From the NCBI GenBank assembly GCA_963977015.1, contig CAXBMO010000012.1:32001-96000 (forward strand): a stretch of 64,000 bases of DNA, read 5' to 3'. The stretch's first letter is position 1; each line of letters starts with the position of its first letter. Shown here in pieces: positions 19,855 through 30,354 of the stretch. Origin of the DNA: an uncultured bacterium (lineage in GTDB: Bacteria > Verrucomicrobiota > Verrucomicrobiia > Verrucomicrobiales > DEV007). Below the pieces are notes generated by a model. The model was given only the letters and a program-made list of their open reading frames with translations. It did no database searches and had not been told where the DNA came from. A program made the position numbers and the translations under genes.

Positions 19855-22376
19855 AGAAGCTGATGCCGGTGGCATGGATCCTGGTGCTTCTCGCGTTCAG
19901 CGCGCGAGCGGAACATCCATTGGAGTGGTCTGCCTTGCCGGAGATTCCATCGGAGCTGGGCGTGGCGGGGCCATTCAGTGGAGTGCAGGGTGATCAGCTG
20001 CTGGTGGCCGGCGGAGCGAATTTTCCGGAGCCCGTCTGGGAGAATGGGAAAGTCTGGCACGACACGATTTACGCGTTGGCGCTTGGCGACGAGAGCGCGG
20101 TTTGGAGAAGGGTGGGGAAGCTTCCCCGGCCGCTTGCTTATGGTGCGTGCGTCAGTGTTCCGGAAGGGGTGATCTGCATCGGTGGGAATGACGCGGAACA
20201 GGTCTCTGCCGAGGTGTTTCTGCTGAGCCTGGACGGTGAAGCGGCGAAGGTAACCGAACTGCCGTCTCTTCCTCAATCGCTCTGCTTCGGAGCCGCGGCG
20301 CGGTTGGGAAACGTGATCTATGTTGCCGGTGGAACGACAGATTTCGGGCTCGAGACGGCGCAGAACAACCTGTGGCGGTTGGATTGGTCGATGCGGGGAG
20401 ACGCGGACGCGTTCGGGTGGGAAAGTTTGGAATCCTGGCCCGGCCCGGCCCGTGCGTTCAACTCCCTGGTGGCGCAAAACAATGGCCGTGCGGACTGCCT
20501 GTATCTGCTGGGAGGCCGTCACCTCGACGAATCGGGCGAAACCCGGTTTCTCGACGACGTTTACGAGTTCAACCCATTGCGGGCAGATCAACCCTGGCGG
20601 ACGCGGGCGAGTCTTCCCCGTCCCCAGGCGGCGGGAACGGCCGTCGCGATTGGGCAGAGTCACCTCTTCACGCTAGGAGGCGCGGATGGAGCGTTGTTCG
20701 CTCAATCGGACGAATTGAAGGACGAGCATCCTGGTTTCCCGAGAACGAGCTTTGCCTATCACACGATCACCGATACCTGGATTGAAGCGGGGGAGATGCC
20801 GCAGAATCAGGTGACGACTCATGCGGTGCAATGGGGCGATCGCGTCGTCCTCGCGAGTGGCGAGATTCGTCCCCGGGTCCGGACCAGGGCCGTCTGGTTG
20901 ATTGAACCACGAAAGGCGACCGCCACGTTTGCCGCGGGAAATTGGGTCGCGATCGTCCTTTATCTCGGCGGGGTCATGGGAATCGGGGTTTTCTTTTCGC
21001 GGCGAAACAAGGACACGAACGACTTCTTTCGTGGTGGTCAGCGGATTCCGGCCTGGGTCGCGGGGCTGAGCATTTTCGCCACGCTGCTCAGCTCGATCAC
21101 GTTCATCGCCTTGCCGGCTCGGGCGTTTGCAACGGACTGGGTTTATGTCTTGATCAACGCGGGCATTCTGATTTGCGCTCCGCTCGTGGTGTTCCGGATC
21201 ATTCCCTTTTTCCGGGAGATCAACGCGACCTCGGCCTATGAGTATCTGGAACGCCGCTTCAACCTGGCGATCCGGCTGTTTGCCAGCGCGTCCTTCGTCC
21301 TGTTTCAGATCGGGCGAATGGCGATCGTGATGTATCTCCCGGCGCTGGCGTTGGCCGCGATCACGCCGCTTTCCCTCGAAGGCTGCATTTTGGTCATGGG
21401 AATTCTCAGCATCGCCTACTGCACCTTGGGCGGCTTGGAGGCGGTGGTTTGGACCGACGCGGTTCAGGCGATTGTCCTGATTGGGGGAGCGTTGCTCAGT
21501 TTTGGCATCATGGTGTCGGGGCTCGATGGCGGATGGGGCGAGCTGAGAGCGGTTGCGATGGAGGATCAGAAGTTGCGATGGGCTGACTTCGACTGGAGCA
21601 CGACGTCCTACATGACGAGCGCGTTTTGGGTGATCGTCCTGGGCGGGTTGGGCAGTTCGATCATTCCCTACAGTTCCGATCAGGCCGTCGTTCAGCGCTA
21701 CGTTTCGACTCCCACTCAGGAGAAAGCCCAGTCTGCGGTTTGGCTCAACGCGGCGATGTCAGGCTTTGCGACGATCCTGTTCTTCGCCCTGGGAACCGCG
21801 CTTTACGCCTTCTACAAATCGCGTCCCGAAGCGATCGACCCGACCTTCAAGACCGATTCCATCTTTCCCCTTTTCATTTCCCGGGAACTGCCGGTCGGCA
21901 TCGCCGGAATTGTCATCGCCGCCGTTTTCGCCGCAGCCCAATCCACGATTTCGACGAGCATGAACAGCACCTCGACCGCGATCGTGACCGATTTTTTCCG
22001 GCGATTTGGCTGGAAGGGAACCGAAAAAGCCTACCTGAAGCTGGCTCGCATTCTCACGGTGGTTCTCGGCGGATTTGGGACGCTGTTTGCCCTGATTTTG
22101 GCGTGGGGAGATATCGAATCCGCCTGGAAGACCTTTTTGACAATCATCGGGTTCGTGATGGGGCCGTTGTGTGGGATTTTCCTGCTCGGCATGTTCACGA
22201 AGCGCGGAAACGCGAAAGGGGCGATCCTTGGGGCCGCCCTCGGCGTGGGGATCCTGATCTGGGCCCGCTATTTCACGCCAATGAGCGGGTTGCTCTATGC
22301 GCCCCTGGGAATTGCGACCGCTTTTGCCGGTGGAATTATCGGAAGTATGGCTCTGCGAGACCGGCAATCAGCCTGA
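19851..22376 (+). CDS. NanM-like Kelch mutarotase fused to a sodium:solute symporter (SiaT-like)
   Basis: Signal peptide, VAGGANFP Kelch repeats, GEIRPRVRT, then SSS motifs (FATLLSSITF, SAYEYLERRF, WTDAVQ, DQAVVQRY, AAQSTISTSMNS); ATGA overlap with nanA. Confidence 0.9.
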   Translation: MKKLMPVAWILVLLAFSARAEHPLEWSALPEIPSELGVAGPFSGVQGDQLLVAGGANFPEPVWENGKVWHDTIYALALGDESAVWRRVGKLPRPLAYGACVSVPEGVICIGGNDAEQVSAEVFLLSLDGEAAKVTELPSLPQSLCFGAAARLGNVIYVAGGTTDFGLETAQNNLWRLDWSMRGDADAFGWESLESWPGPARAFNSLVAQNNGRADCLYLLGGRHLDESGETRFLDDVYEFNPLRADQPWRTRASLPRPQAAGTAVAIGQSHLFTLGGADGALFAQSDELKDEHPGFPRTSFAYHTITDTWIEAGEMPQNQVTTHAVQWGDRVVLASGEIRPRVRTRAVWLIEPRKATATFAAGNWVAIVLYLGGVMGIGVFFSRRNKDTNDFFRGGQRIPAWVAGLSIFATLLSSITFIALPARAFATDWVYVLINAGILICAPLVVFRIIPFFREINATSAYEYLERRFNLAIRLFASASFVLFQIGRMAIVMYLPALALAAITPLSLEGCILVMGILSIAYCTLGGLEAVVWTDAVQAIVLIGGALLSFGIMVSGLDGGWGELRAVAMEDQKLRWADFDWSTTSYMTSAFWVIVLGGLGSSIIPYSSDQAVVQRYVSTPTQEKAQSAVWLNAAMSGFATILFFALGTALYAFYKSRPEAIDPTFKTDSIFPLFISRELPVGIAGIVIAAVFAAAQSTISTSMNSTSTAIVTDFFRRFGWKGTEKAYLKLARILTVVLGGFGTLFALILAWGDIESAWKTFLTIIGFVMGPLCGIFLLGMFTKRGNAKGAILGAALGVGILIWARYFTPMSGLLYAPLGIATAFAGGIIGSMALRDRQSA

Positions 22377-22445
22377 AATCGTGATTCGATGATTGGTCGA
22401 TAAGCTAGGGTTGCCATCGAGCGTCGCCAAGCGTAAACAGTCGCG

Positions 22446-23135
22446 ATGTCCGAACCGGAAACTCCCGAAAAACCGCGAATCAACCCCTGGTCGATCTGGC
22501 TCATTGTGGGCGTGATGCTGGGTGGTGTATTGGTGGCTTACAACTACAGCCTTCGCCAGAATGCGGAAGCGCAGGACCCGCGTCCCCCCTATCTCAACAA
22601 GCTGGAGGAGGATATTGAGGCGGTGAACCGCGATGGCAATCGGGCGCGACTCAGCTCCCTGAAGGGAAAGGTTTACGTGGCGAGTTATTTGTTCACCACT
22701 TGCCCGATGGGATGCAGCGGAATTGCCGAAAAGTTGACCGTAATTCACGAAGAGTTTGGGGCCGATCCACGGTTTCAGTTGGTTTCGTTCAGTGTGGATC
22801 CGGAAGGCGATACCCCGGAGATGACGGATGAATTTTTGAATCGGCTCGACGTGGGAATCGATGATTGGTGGTATCTGACGGGCGAAAAGGAGGCGATTCA
22901 GCAATACATGCTCGAGTTTTTCCAGCTCAACCCGACCAAGCCGGTCGATAATCCCGCGATCAAGTTTGTTCACGACATGCGAGTGGTCCTCATCGATGGC
23001 AAGGCCAACATTCGCGGCTATTACCAGCTTCTCCATCCGCAGCCTGAATTTGCCGAGCAAAATTTCGAACGATTGAAGGCTGACATCCGCTATATCCTGG
23101 ACAACGAAACCGCACCTCTTGCTTCGAACGAATGA
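22446..23135 (+). CDS. SCO1/SenC copper chaperone
   Basis: N-terminal TM; FTTCPMGC (CxxxC); SVDPEGDTPE; conserved His in FVHD. Confidence 0.9.
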   Translation: MSEPETPEKPRINPWSIWLIVGVMLGGVLVAYNYSLRQNAEAQDPRPPYLNKLEEDIEAVNRDGNRARLSSLKGKVYVASYLFTTCPMGCSGIAEKLTVIHEEFGADPRFQLVSFSVDPEGDTPEMTDEFLNRLDVGIDDWWYLTGEKEAIQQYMLEFFQLNPTKPVDNPAIKFVHDMRVVLIDGKANIRGYYQLLHPQPEFAEQNFERLKADIRYILDNETAPLASNE

Positions 23136-23560
23136 CGACCGCTGATCTTCCCGCTCTCAACGCGATTCTCAACGCCACATCAACCGTGCTTCTGATTGCC
23201 GGTTTGATCTGCATCAAGAACGGAAAACGGAAAGCTCACGGGGGCCTCATGATTTCCGCCTTGGTGGTCTCAACGGTGTTTTTGGCGAGCTACGTGATCC
23301 ACAAGGTGTATCACAGCACGCGCCCTTCCGACCACATGGAGCCGTTGGTGCGCGGGATTTACCTGACGATTCTGATTCCCCACATCATCCTGGCCATCGT
23401 GAACCTGCCGATGATTATTTCGACGGTGATTCCTGCGATCCGCCAGAATTTCGAGCTTCACAAGCGCCGGGCGCGACGGACCTATCCGATTTGGCTCTTC
23501 GTGTCGGTAACCGGCGTGCTGGTCTACCTGTTCCAGTATGTCTGGTTTCCGCCGGGTTAG
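23132..23560 (+). CDS. DUF420 family membrane protein
   Basis: LPALNAILN, FLASY, HIILA, HKR.AR.T.PIWLFVSVTG. Confidence 0.92.
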   Translation: MTTADLPALNAILNATSTVLLIAGLICIKNGKRKAHGGLMISALVVSTVFLASYVIHKVYHSTRPSDHMEPLVRGIYLTILIPHIILAIVNLPMIISTVIPAIRQNFELHKRRARRTYPIWLFVSVTGVLVYLFQYVWFPPG

Positions 23561-23604
23561 AGGGTTAGAGTAGACACACAGCGATTCACCCATTATTTTG
23601 GAGC

Positions 23605-24009
23605 ATGGATACGACGATCTCGATCCCATCTGAAATGGAAGCCGACTTGGCCGCAGAAGCGGAAAAGAATGGCCTTGATCTTGCGTCGTTTGTTCAAAAT
23701 GTTCTAAAATCTCGAATTCAGCCTTCAACATCCGCGCCCTCGATTTCCAGCGCAGAAGAAAAATTGTTGCAGGAGGTCGATATTGGATTTTCTGAGGCTC
23801 AGATGGAACGTTTTGTTGGTCTTCTCGAAAAGCGGCAGGATGACGCCATTTCTGGCGACGAAGAGGAAGAGTTGATCCGAACGACCAGAGAGTTGGAACG
23901 CCTGAACGTAAAGAGGGTGAGAGCCATGAGTCAGTTGGCGAAATTGAGGGGGGTCGATTTAGAAACGGTGAGGAAACAATTGGGGATTGAACCGCCCGAT
24001 GTCCTCTAG
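23605..24009 (+). CDS. Small helical protein upstream of HNH nuclease (putative antitoxin/partner)
   Basis: RHH-like N-terminus; EEEELIRTTRELERLNVKRVRAMSQLAKLRG; overlaps the HNH start. Confidence 0.75.
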   Translation: MDTTISIPSEMEADLAAEAEKNGLDLASFVQNVLKSRIQPSTSAPSISSAEEKLLQEVDIGFSEAQMERFVGLLEKRQDDAISGDEEEELIRTTRELERLNVKRVRAMSQLAKLRGVDLETVRKQLGIEPPDVL

Positions 24010-24445
24010 CAGGGCCAGCGCCGCGGTGAAACGGCAGGTAGTTGAGCGGGCGCGGGGATGTTGCGAGTATTGCCTGACGCTTCGGTCGTTTTCAGCCAGC
24101 CCATTTGCTGTAGAGCATATCATTCCAGAGGTTAAAGGAGGAACGACCGTCGTGGAAAACCTCTGCCTCGCATGTGCTGGCTGCAATGGCCACAAACATG
24201 CCGCAACGACGGGATGGGATCTGGTGACGGAAAAGCTTCAACCTTTGTTTCACCCCAGACAAGATAGTTGGGCCAATCACTTTGCCTGGAATTTGGGAAA
24301 GTCCATGATTGTCGGGCTTAGCCCTAAAGGTAGAGCCACCGTAAACCGGCTACGCTTGAATCGCCAAGAATTGTCAAACCTTCGAGAAGTGTTGGCCAGA
24401 GACGGACTGCATCCCCCGGATTACCCGTATGCTGGGAATCCGTAG
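23999..24445 (+). CDS. HNH endonuclease
   Basis: CCEYC...EHIIP..KGG...NLCLAC..CN.HK, LFHPR..W..HF.W, GRATV..L.LN. Confidence 0.92.
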   Translation: MSSSRASAAVKRQVVERARGCCEYCLTLRSFSASPFAVEHIIPEVKGGTTVVENLCLACAGCNGHKHAATTGWDLVTEKLQPLFHPRQDSWANHFAWNLGKSMIVGLSPKGRATVNRLRLNRQELSNLREVLARDGLHPPDYPYAGNP

Positions 24446-24477
24446 CGATGGTGCCACAAAATTTGCGCGGCTTCATC

Positions 24478-27400
24478 TCACCCTTTCTTGAGGCCGGGGC
24501 GGGGAGGCAATTCCTGGAATTCTTCCTCAATGGCTGGACGGTGATCGGGGAAAGCTTGCGCCGATTCCAGAACTTTCTCGCTGAGGTGCGGATTGAGAAA
24601 GTATTTCCGCAAATTGCCCTCGAGATGGTCGAGCCGGTCCCAGGCGCCGTAGAGATCCACAAGAAGATTGGGGTCGCTGCCGATGGATTTGTGAAACATG
24701 CTCATCAGAACCCGCTCCGCATCGCGAAACGCTTTGCGCTCGATCAGGAAAGAGGCGTAACGCGTCAGAAAAAGCTGATCGCTGGTCGTTAGAATCTGGA
24801 GATTCTCGTACCGTTGTTTGAACAGGGCCGCAGCCAGGTCGGCCCTTCCAATCTCGCTGAGAACCCCTGCCAGGTTGGCGAATTCCGCGGTGGATTGATT
24901 CCACGTCAGCGCGCGTTGATACCATTCCAGAATCGCTGCGTTGTCATCGAGTTGGCTCAGCACCTCGAAAATCAGCGCTCCATCGGTGAGCGGATGCTCT
25001 TCAAAGCGATCGTGAAGCTCCTCCAGCAACTGCCAGGCGAGCTTCGGTTTTTGCGCGAGGCTGGCCGCTTTGGCGGCGAACCGCAGTTGGTCGCTCGTCA
25101 TGGACTCGGGAATCGGAGGCGTCGCGGGCGAATCCGGCAAAAAGAGTTCAACCGCCCACGCCGGGGTGCGGCCGTCTCGAGCCTGACGCAGCGCTTTGGT
25201 CGCGGCGTTCCAGGTTTGCGCGGCGACGGGCGTCGTTTCCCTCGCCAACTCAAGCAGGCGGTCGCCGCTTTCGGGCGTGCCCGGCCAGGCGGCCAGAAGC
25301 TGTTGCAGGTCGGAGGATTCGATCTCGAATGCGTCGTTGGTGAGGCGAAGCCGCGTCCGTTGCAGCAGCAGCTCGAATCTCGCGGCCGGGGTGCTGGAGT
25401 GCCGCGCCTTGAGAGTCAGGATGGCGTCGGCTTCCTGCAGTTTCCCGGCTTCGGTCAAACTGGTGGCCACTGCGGAAATCGTGGACACCGGCCACTTCCG
25501 TTTCGGATCACCGATCAGTTTGGCGAGGCGCTCGGTGTCATCGGGATTGGCCTCCGCATACCAGCGGACGAGGCGTTGATCCACGTGATTGCGATTCGCG
25601 CTTTTCGAGGCGACGCGGAGTTTCTCGAGAAGGTCGATCGCGCCTGTCAGGTCGCCATTCTCCACCATCAAATCCGCCAGCATGAGGGTGTCGCTGAACC
25701 CCAGCGGACGTTCATCGGCAGCCGCGAGGGTCAGACGAATCGCGGTGTCGAGATCTCCCTGCTTTTCATGATACTGGGCGAGATAGCGGCGATAGGGCGA
25801 GCTGCCTTCGCCGGTTCCGACACCTTCTTCCACCCGGCGCCGGAGTTCGTCAACGTCGCCACTCAGGTAGAAGAGATTCGCGTAACTTCGATGAATGGAA
25901 TCGTCCGTCATCGAATCGGGTCGAGCGACTCCAAACTCGTAGATTTGATCGAGAAAATCGATCGCTTCGTCATAGGCCTGCGCCTGGCGGCAGGCCCCGA
26001 GGTAGCTGCTGATCATCCGCATCTCGGTCGGATGCTCGCGAACCTGTTGACGATAAATCGGGAGCGCGTCAGGACCAAATCCCCGAACCTCGAGGCTTCG
26101 CGCCAATTCGAGCGGCTCATCTTCGCTCGTTACGTTCGCGAGATACTCTTCGATCATCTGGCGCCGGCGGGGCGGGTTCGCGGTTTCCAACTGCCAGAGG
26201 AGCTGGATCATGCGGAACTGCTGAAATTGCGCCGCGGAGTGCTCTTGCGCCGGTTGGATGAACTCGAAATCGACGATGGAGCCGGCCAACGAGGCAAGCT
26301 GATCGCGGGGAACCCGTTGCCCGGCGAGGTTGAGCAGCGTTTCCAGCTCAACCCACGTTTCGACGCCCTTGTCGCGTTCGCGCTCGCCGGTGAACTGCTT
26401 GCGACGTTGCGTCGTGTTTTGCGCGATTTCCCCCACCAGGCGCATCGCTTCTTCCGGACGATCCGTCGCCAGGGCGAGCCACATTTCCGCCTTGGTCCGC
26501 AAATCATCGATGCTGTCGGGGATGCGCTGGATTTGGCCGAGGACTTCGGAAATCACGCGTTGCTGACCATCGGCGTTGGTCTGCATGCGATACATCTCGC
26601 TGACGGTGGTGTAGAACGCGTAATAGGGAATGCGGGAACCGAGCGTGAGATCGCGAAAAGCTTTCTCCAGCCAACGTTTGCGACCCGCTTCAAAGCCAGC
26701 CTGCTCGCAGATGACGGCGAGATCCACGTTGAACATGTAGTCGGCAATTCCCTGGGTGCGGATGGCGGATTCGCCGAGTTGAAGCGCTTCGCGGAATTTG
26801 CGATCAATCCGCAATTGGTGAACAAAGGTCCGAACCTGCTGGAGCGGAAGTTCGATCAGTGACAGGGCGGCATCCAGTTCGGCATTGGAAAAGGTGAAGC
26901 TGGGTTCGCGGAGCAGGAGATAAATCGCGAGCGTCAGGTTCGCTTTGCGGACGGGTTGGGACGCGACCCAGGTTTCCAGGTTGGCAGCGCCGCCGTTTTG
27001 CAGCGCGATGAGCGGGTAGAGGAGATCCCAGCGGGTTCCGGAAACCTCGGCCTTGGGGCGAATGTGTGATTCAATCAGGGCGGTGGCTTCGTCTTGGTTC
27101 CCATGATGGTGAGCCAACCAGAGTTGTTCGGTGGGGCCGACGACGTCGGTCGTTTCTCCCAGTCGCGCGAGTTCTTCGATCGCGCGAAGGCGCAGTTCCC
27201 GGGTGTCCGTCGGATTGCGCAGAAATTCATGCTTCGGAAGGCGCAGCCACTCGGCCAGCTTCTCCAGTCGATCGTTCGGGAGAAAATCGTATTCGTCGAT
27301 CGCGACGGCCAGGTCCTCCAGATCGAGTTGGCCGCTTTGACCGGCGAGGACCCGCGTTTTTCGGGCAGGGACGAAGGGAACGCTGTCAACCGGAGCGTCT

Positions 27401-30354
27401 GCTTTCGGGGCGAATTGCCGGGTTTCGCTCAGAACCTGGTGAAACGCGACCTTCGCCTGATCCAGGTCACCGGTTTCGAGCCGCAAAAGTCCAAGTTCGA
27501 GGACGGATTCCGCATCCCAGGGACGAACGGCGGCAATTTTTGCGAGGACGCGTTGAGCGGCGACCTGATCCCCGGCGTTGAGATAATGGCGGCTCAGTTG
27601 TTTGAGGAAGTCGGGATCCTGCCCGAATTTGCTCTCCAGGCGTCGCCTCGTGAGGTCGGCTTCTGCGACGCGCAAATCGCGTTCCAGCTTGTCGATCAAG
27701 GCCAACCAATCATCTGGCGACGTTTGGCTCTCGTCCGCGGCGATCAACTGCCGTTGGTAGTAGATCGCGGCCTTCAGGTCACTGGAACGGCTGGCCAGTT
27801 CCCCCAGTTCCTTCAGCAAGTGAGGATCCTCGTCCGCCATGTAGTAGGCGCGTTTCATCGCGACCAAGGCCTCATCGATCCGGTCGTTGGCGAGATGAAC
27901 ACGGGCGATTGCTTCCGGGAAAAATCGATCGAGTGGATTCTCGGCCGCCAGTTGCTCATACCGCGGAAGCATCCATTCATCCGCGAGATAATGCATCGTC
28001 GCGGTGCTCAGCTGATCTTCGAAAAGTTTTCGGCGCTGCGCGAAATCGGTCTCCGTTTCGATCATGGAGCCGAGCAATTCGAGCGCCTCGGGCACGCGCT
28101 CCAGTTCAATCAGGGTGTTGGCGTAAGGCTTCACGATCTGCCGTTTTTCGAGAACATTGGCCTCGCGAAACGTTGCTTCCCAAAGCTCGTTCAGAGCGTT
28201 CAGCCGTTCCTGCTCGCGATAGGCTTTTGCGAGGGCCTGCACGGCTTTGAGCGAGGAGTCCGGGCTCTCCACCAAATTGCGCAGCATGCGAATCGCGCGA
28301 TCCTCCAGTTTTTGCTCGAGCATTCCCTGCGCCTCGCGGATCCGTGCTTCTTCCTCGCGGCTCGGGTCGATCTTGGCGATCAGGTTCAACTGGCGAATGA
28401 TGAGCTGCTGATTGTTGGTGCGCTCCCCGAGATCGAGAAGCAGCTCCTCGTATTCCAGCACCGGGTTCTCGGGATCGTGCAGCAACGGAAGCTGTTTCCA
28501 GGCATCCGCATAATCCGCCGTTTTGACGGACCACCATGCTAAGCGAAAGCGGTTCTCCGGCGATGGATCCTCATCAATCCGTTGGCGGAGCTGATGGAAA
28601 AACCGCCAGACGGACGCCATCGCTTCGCCGTCGGAAATCTTCGCCGGTTTCTCCAATCGGGTTTCGTCGGAATTGGCCCGCAACACCGTGAAAATGCGTT
28701 GATCGATCTCGATCCGTTCCTCGATCGTTTCGCTCATCTCCCAGACGCGCTCGAACTCGGCGACCGCCTCCGGAACCTTGCCGGACTCGACCAACGACTC
28801 CGCGTAGAGCTGATAGTGGCCGCGTTTCGCCAACCCGAGATCGATCGCTTCCAGAGCCGCCTTTTGCGAGGCGGAGGGCATTCGCAAATCGCGAAACGCT
28901 TCGGCCACCTGAAGCAGCCGGTCGCTTTTCTCACGATCGGTTTTCGCGCCGGCGACAAATTCATCGAGCAACTCCCGAACCTTCTGCAATCGCCCGCGTT
29001 CGTGATGAAACGAGGCGAGCTGCAATTCCGGGGTGCGGCCTTCCTCTCCCCAACCATTCTTGTGTTGATCGGTCAGGAGCCGTTCCGCGATGGCATCCAG
29101 ATAATGCGTCTGGCTGAATCTCAGCATGCGTTTCAGGTCTTCTTCGACCGGTCGGTTCGCATCGAGGAATTGGGCGAGAAGTTGTTCCGCTGATTCCACT
29201 CCCTGGGTGGAGAGATGGACGCGCGCCTGGAGGAGGATGATGGTGAGCGGGGTGGGGGAGAGTGACGCAACGAGCTTAGCCAAAATTCCTTCCGCCTCTT
29301 CATAGTGATCGTTCTCCACCAGCCGGGTCGCGAGTTGCTGGCGGTATTCCATGTTCGTGGGGACCCGTTCAACGAGGCGGCGGAGCCAGACTTCTTCCAA
29401 CTGGGGATTCGCAGCAAGTTGGTAAAACCTCACCATGTGCCAGAGGGATTCCTCGCTCGGGTTTTCCTGTTCCGCGGCGACTTTCCAGCGTTCACCGAGT
29501 TCGTCGGCTCGCGAAAACCGCTCGTGGACCCGCACCATCCGCATGAGGAATTCGTCGTGAAGGTAGTGTTTGAAATGAACCGTCTTCAGGGCCTCGTCGT
29601 AGATTTTGACCGCGCTCTCAAAGTCGTCCTCAAACTCATGGAGCCGGCCCACCTCTTTCATCGCGAGGATTCGGGTTTCCACTTCCCTGCTCTCAAGAAG
29701 TGGCGCAAAACTGGCGATCGCGGCCTGGGTTTGGCCCTCTTCCAGAAGGAGCGCGACAATCCGCTTTCGCAGGTCGAGGTCGGTCGGGTAAGTCTTGAGA
29801 ATCTGGAGCCAATTCTCGATCGCCTCGCCCGGACGGTCGAGATTCCGCAGCAGATCCGAACGTGCCATCTCGAAATCGACCCGATCCTCGGAATTCGGGG
29901 CTATCATCGCGATCAACTGCGTGAAATGGGTGAGGGCGACCTCGTGGTTCCCCAATTGCTGGTTCACCTCCGCCAGGGCCCGAACCACGTGGGGATTGCC
30001 GGGAGATTCGGAATTGACCGTGAGGTAGGCTTCCAACGCGGCCTCCGGATTTCCCTTTTTTCGCAACAAATGGCCGTTAATCAACTTGGCGACCGTGGCA
30101 TCGTCCCGTCGCGCCGCCTGATCGAAATACTGGAGCAGCAATCGCGTTTGATCGTGCTTTTCGTAGTGGTCCCAGAGCAAATCGAGCACCTTGCCATACT
30201 CCGGCTGCTGATTGAGGCTGATGATGTAGTGATTGGCGAGCCGGGTATCGCTGGCATCCCAGGTTTCTTCCGCCAATCCCGTTGCCGAAAAGAGAGCCGT
30301 CATCGCACAAACGGCGAATTGCAGACTTCGGGTCGGCAGCAGCTTTGAAATCAC
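24478..30354 (-). CDS. Very large exported TPR-repeat protein
   Basis: Signal peptide; helical TPR-like periodicity across 1958 aa. Confidence 0.85.
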   Translation of the reverse strand: MISKLLPTRSLQFAVCAMTALFSATGLAEETWDASDTRLANHYIISLNQQPEYGKVLDLLWDHYEKHDQTRLLLQYFDQAARRDDATVAKLINGHLLRKKGNPEAALEAYLTVNSESPGNPHVVRALAEVNQQLGNHEVALTHFTQLIAMIAPNSEDRVDFEMARSDLLRNLDRPGEAIENWLQILKTYPTDLDLRKRIVALLLEEGQTQAAIASFAPLLESREVETRILAMKEVGRLHEFEDDFESAVKIYDEALKTVHFKHYLHDEFLMRMVRVHERFSRADELGERWKVAAEQENPSEESLWHMVRFYQLAANPQLEEVWLRRLVERVPTNMEYRQQLATRLVENDHYEEAEGILAKLVASLSPTPLTIILLQARVHLSTQGVESAEQLLAQFLDANRPVEEDLKRMLRFSQTHYLDAIAERLLTDQHKNGWGEEGRTPELQLASFHHERGRLQKVRELLDEFVAGAKTDREKSDRLLQVAEAFRDLRMPSASQKAALEAIDLGLAKRGHYQLYAESLVESGKVPEAVAEFERVWEMSETIEERIEIDQRIFTVLRANSDETRLEKPAKISDGEAMASVWRFFHQLRQRIDEDPSPENRFRLAWWSVKTADYADAWKQLPLLHDPENPVLEYEELLLDLGERTNNQQLIIRQLNLIAKIDPSREEEARIREAQGMLEQKLEDRAIRMLRNLVESPDSSLKAVQALAKAYREQERLNALNELWEATFREANVLEKRQIVKPYANTLIELERVPEALELLGSMIETETDFAQRRKLFEDQLSTATMHYLADEWMLPRYEQLAAENPLDRFFPEAIARVHLANDRIDEALVAMKRAYYMADEDPHLLKELGELASRSSDLKAAIYYQRQLIAADESQTSPDDWLALIDKLERDLRVAEADLTRRRLESKFGQDPDFLKQLSRHYLNAGDQVAAQRVLAKIAAVRPWDAESVLELGLLRLETGDLDQAKVAFHQVLSETRQFAPKADAPVDSVPFVPARKTRVLAGQSGQLDLEDLAVAIDEYDFLPNDRLEKLAEWLRLPKHEFLRNPTDTRELRLRAIEELARLGETTDVVGPTEQLWLAHHHGNQDEATALIESHIRPKAEVSGTRWDLLYPLIALQNGGAANLETWVASQPVRKANLTLAIYLLLREPSFTFSNAELDAALSLIELPLQQVRTFVHQLRIDRKFREALQLGESAIRTQGIADYMFNVDLAVICEQAGFEAGRKRWLEKAFRDLTLGSRIPYYAFYTTVSEMYRMQTNADGQQRVISEVLGQIQRIPDSIDDLRTKAEMWLALATDRPEEAMRLVGEIAQNTTQRRKQFTGERERDKGVETWVELETLLNLAGQRVPRDQLASLAGSIVDFEFIQPAQEHSAAQFQQFRMIQLLWQLETANPPRRRQMIEEYLANVTSEDEPLELARSLEVRGFGPDALPIYRQQVREHPTEMRMISSYLGACRQAQAYDEAIDFLDQIYEFGVARPDSMTDDSIHRSYANLFYLSGDVDELRRRVEEGVGTGEGSSPYRRYLAQYHEKQGDLDTAIRLTLAAADERPLGFSDTLMLADLMVENGDLTGAIDLLEKLRVASKSANRNHVDQRLVRWYAEANPDDTERLAKLIGDPKRKWPVSTISAVATSLTEAGKLQEADAILTLKARHSSTPAARFELLLQRTRLRLTNDAFEIESSDLQQLLAAWPGTPESGDRLLELARETTPVAAQTWNAATKALRQARDGRTPAWAVELFLPDSPATPPIPESMTSDQLRFAAKAASLAQKPKLAWQLLEELHDRFEEHPLTDGALIFEVLSQLDDNAAILEWYQRALTWNQSTAEFANLAGVLSEIGRADLAAALFKQRYENLQILTTSDQLFLTRYASFLIERKAFRDAERVLMSMFHKSIGSDPNLLVDLYGAWDRLDHLEGNLRKYFLNPHLSEKVLESAQAFPDHRPAIEEEFQELPPRPGLKKG

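Noticed and set aside
24814-30348. Long plus-strand ORFs (682, 482, 347 aa) and similar antisense ORFs elsewhere, including those within 49207-64000
   Set aside because: Shadow ORFs opposite or out of frame to well-supported genes in GC-rich DNA, with no recognisable motifs
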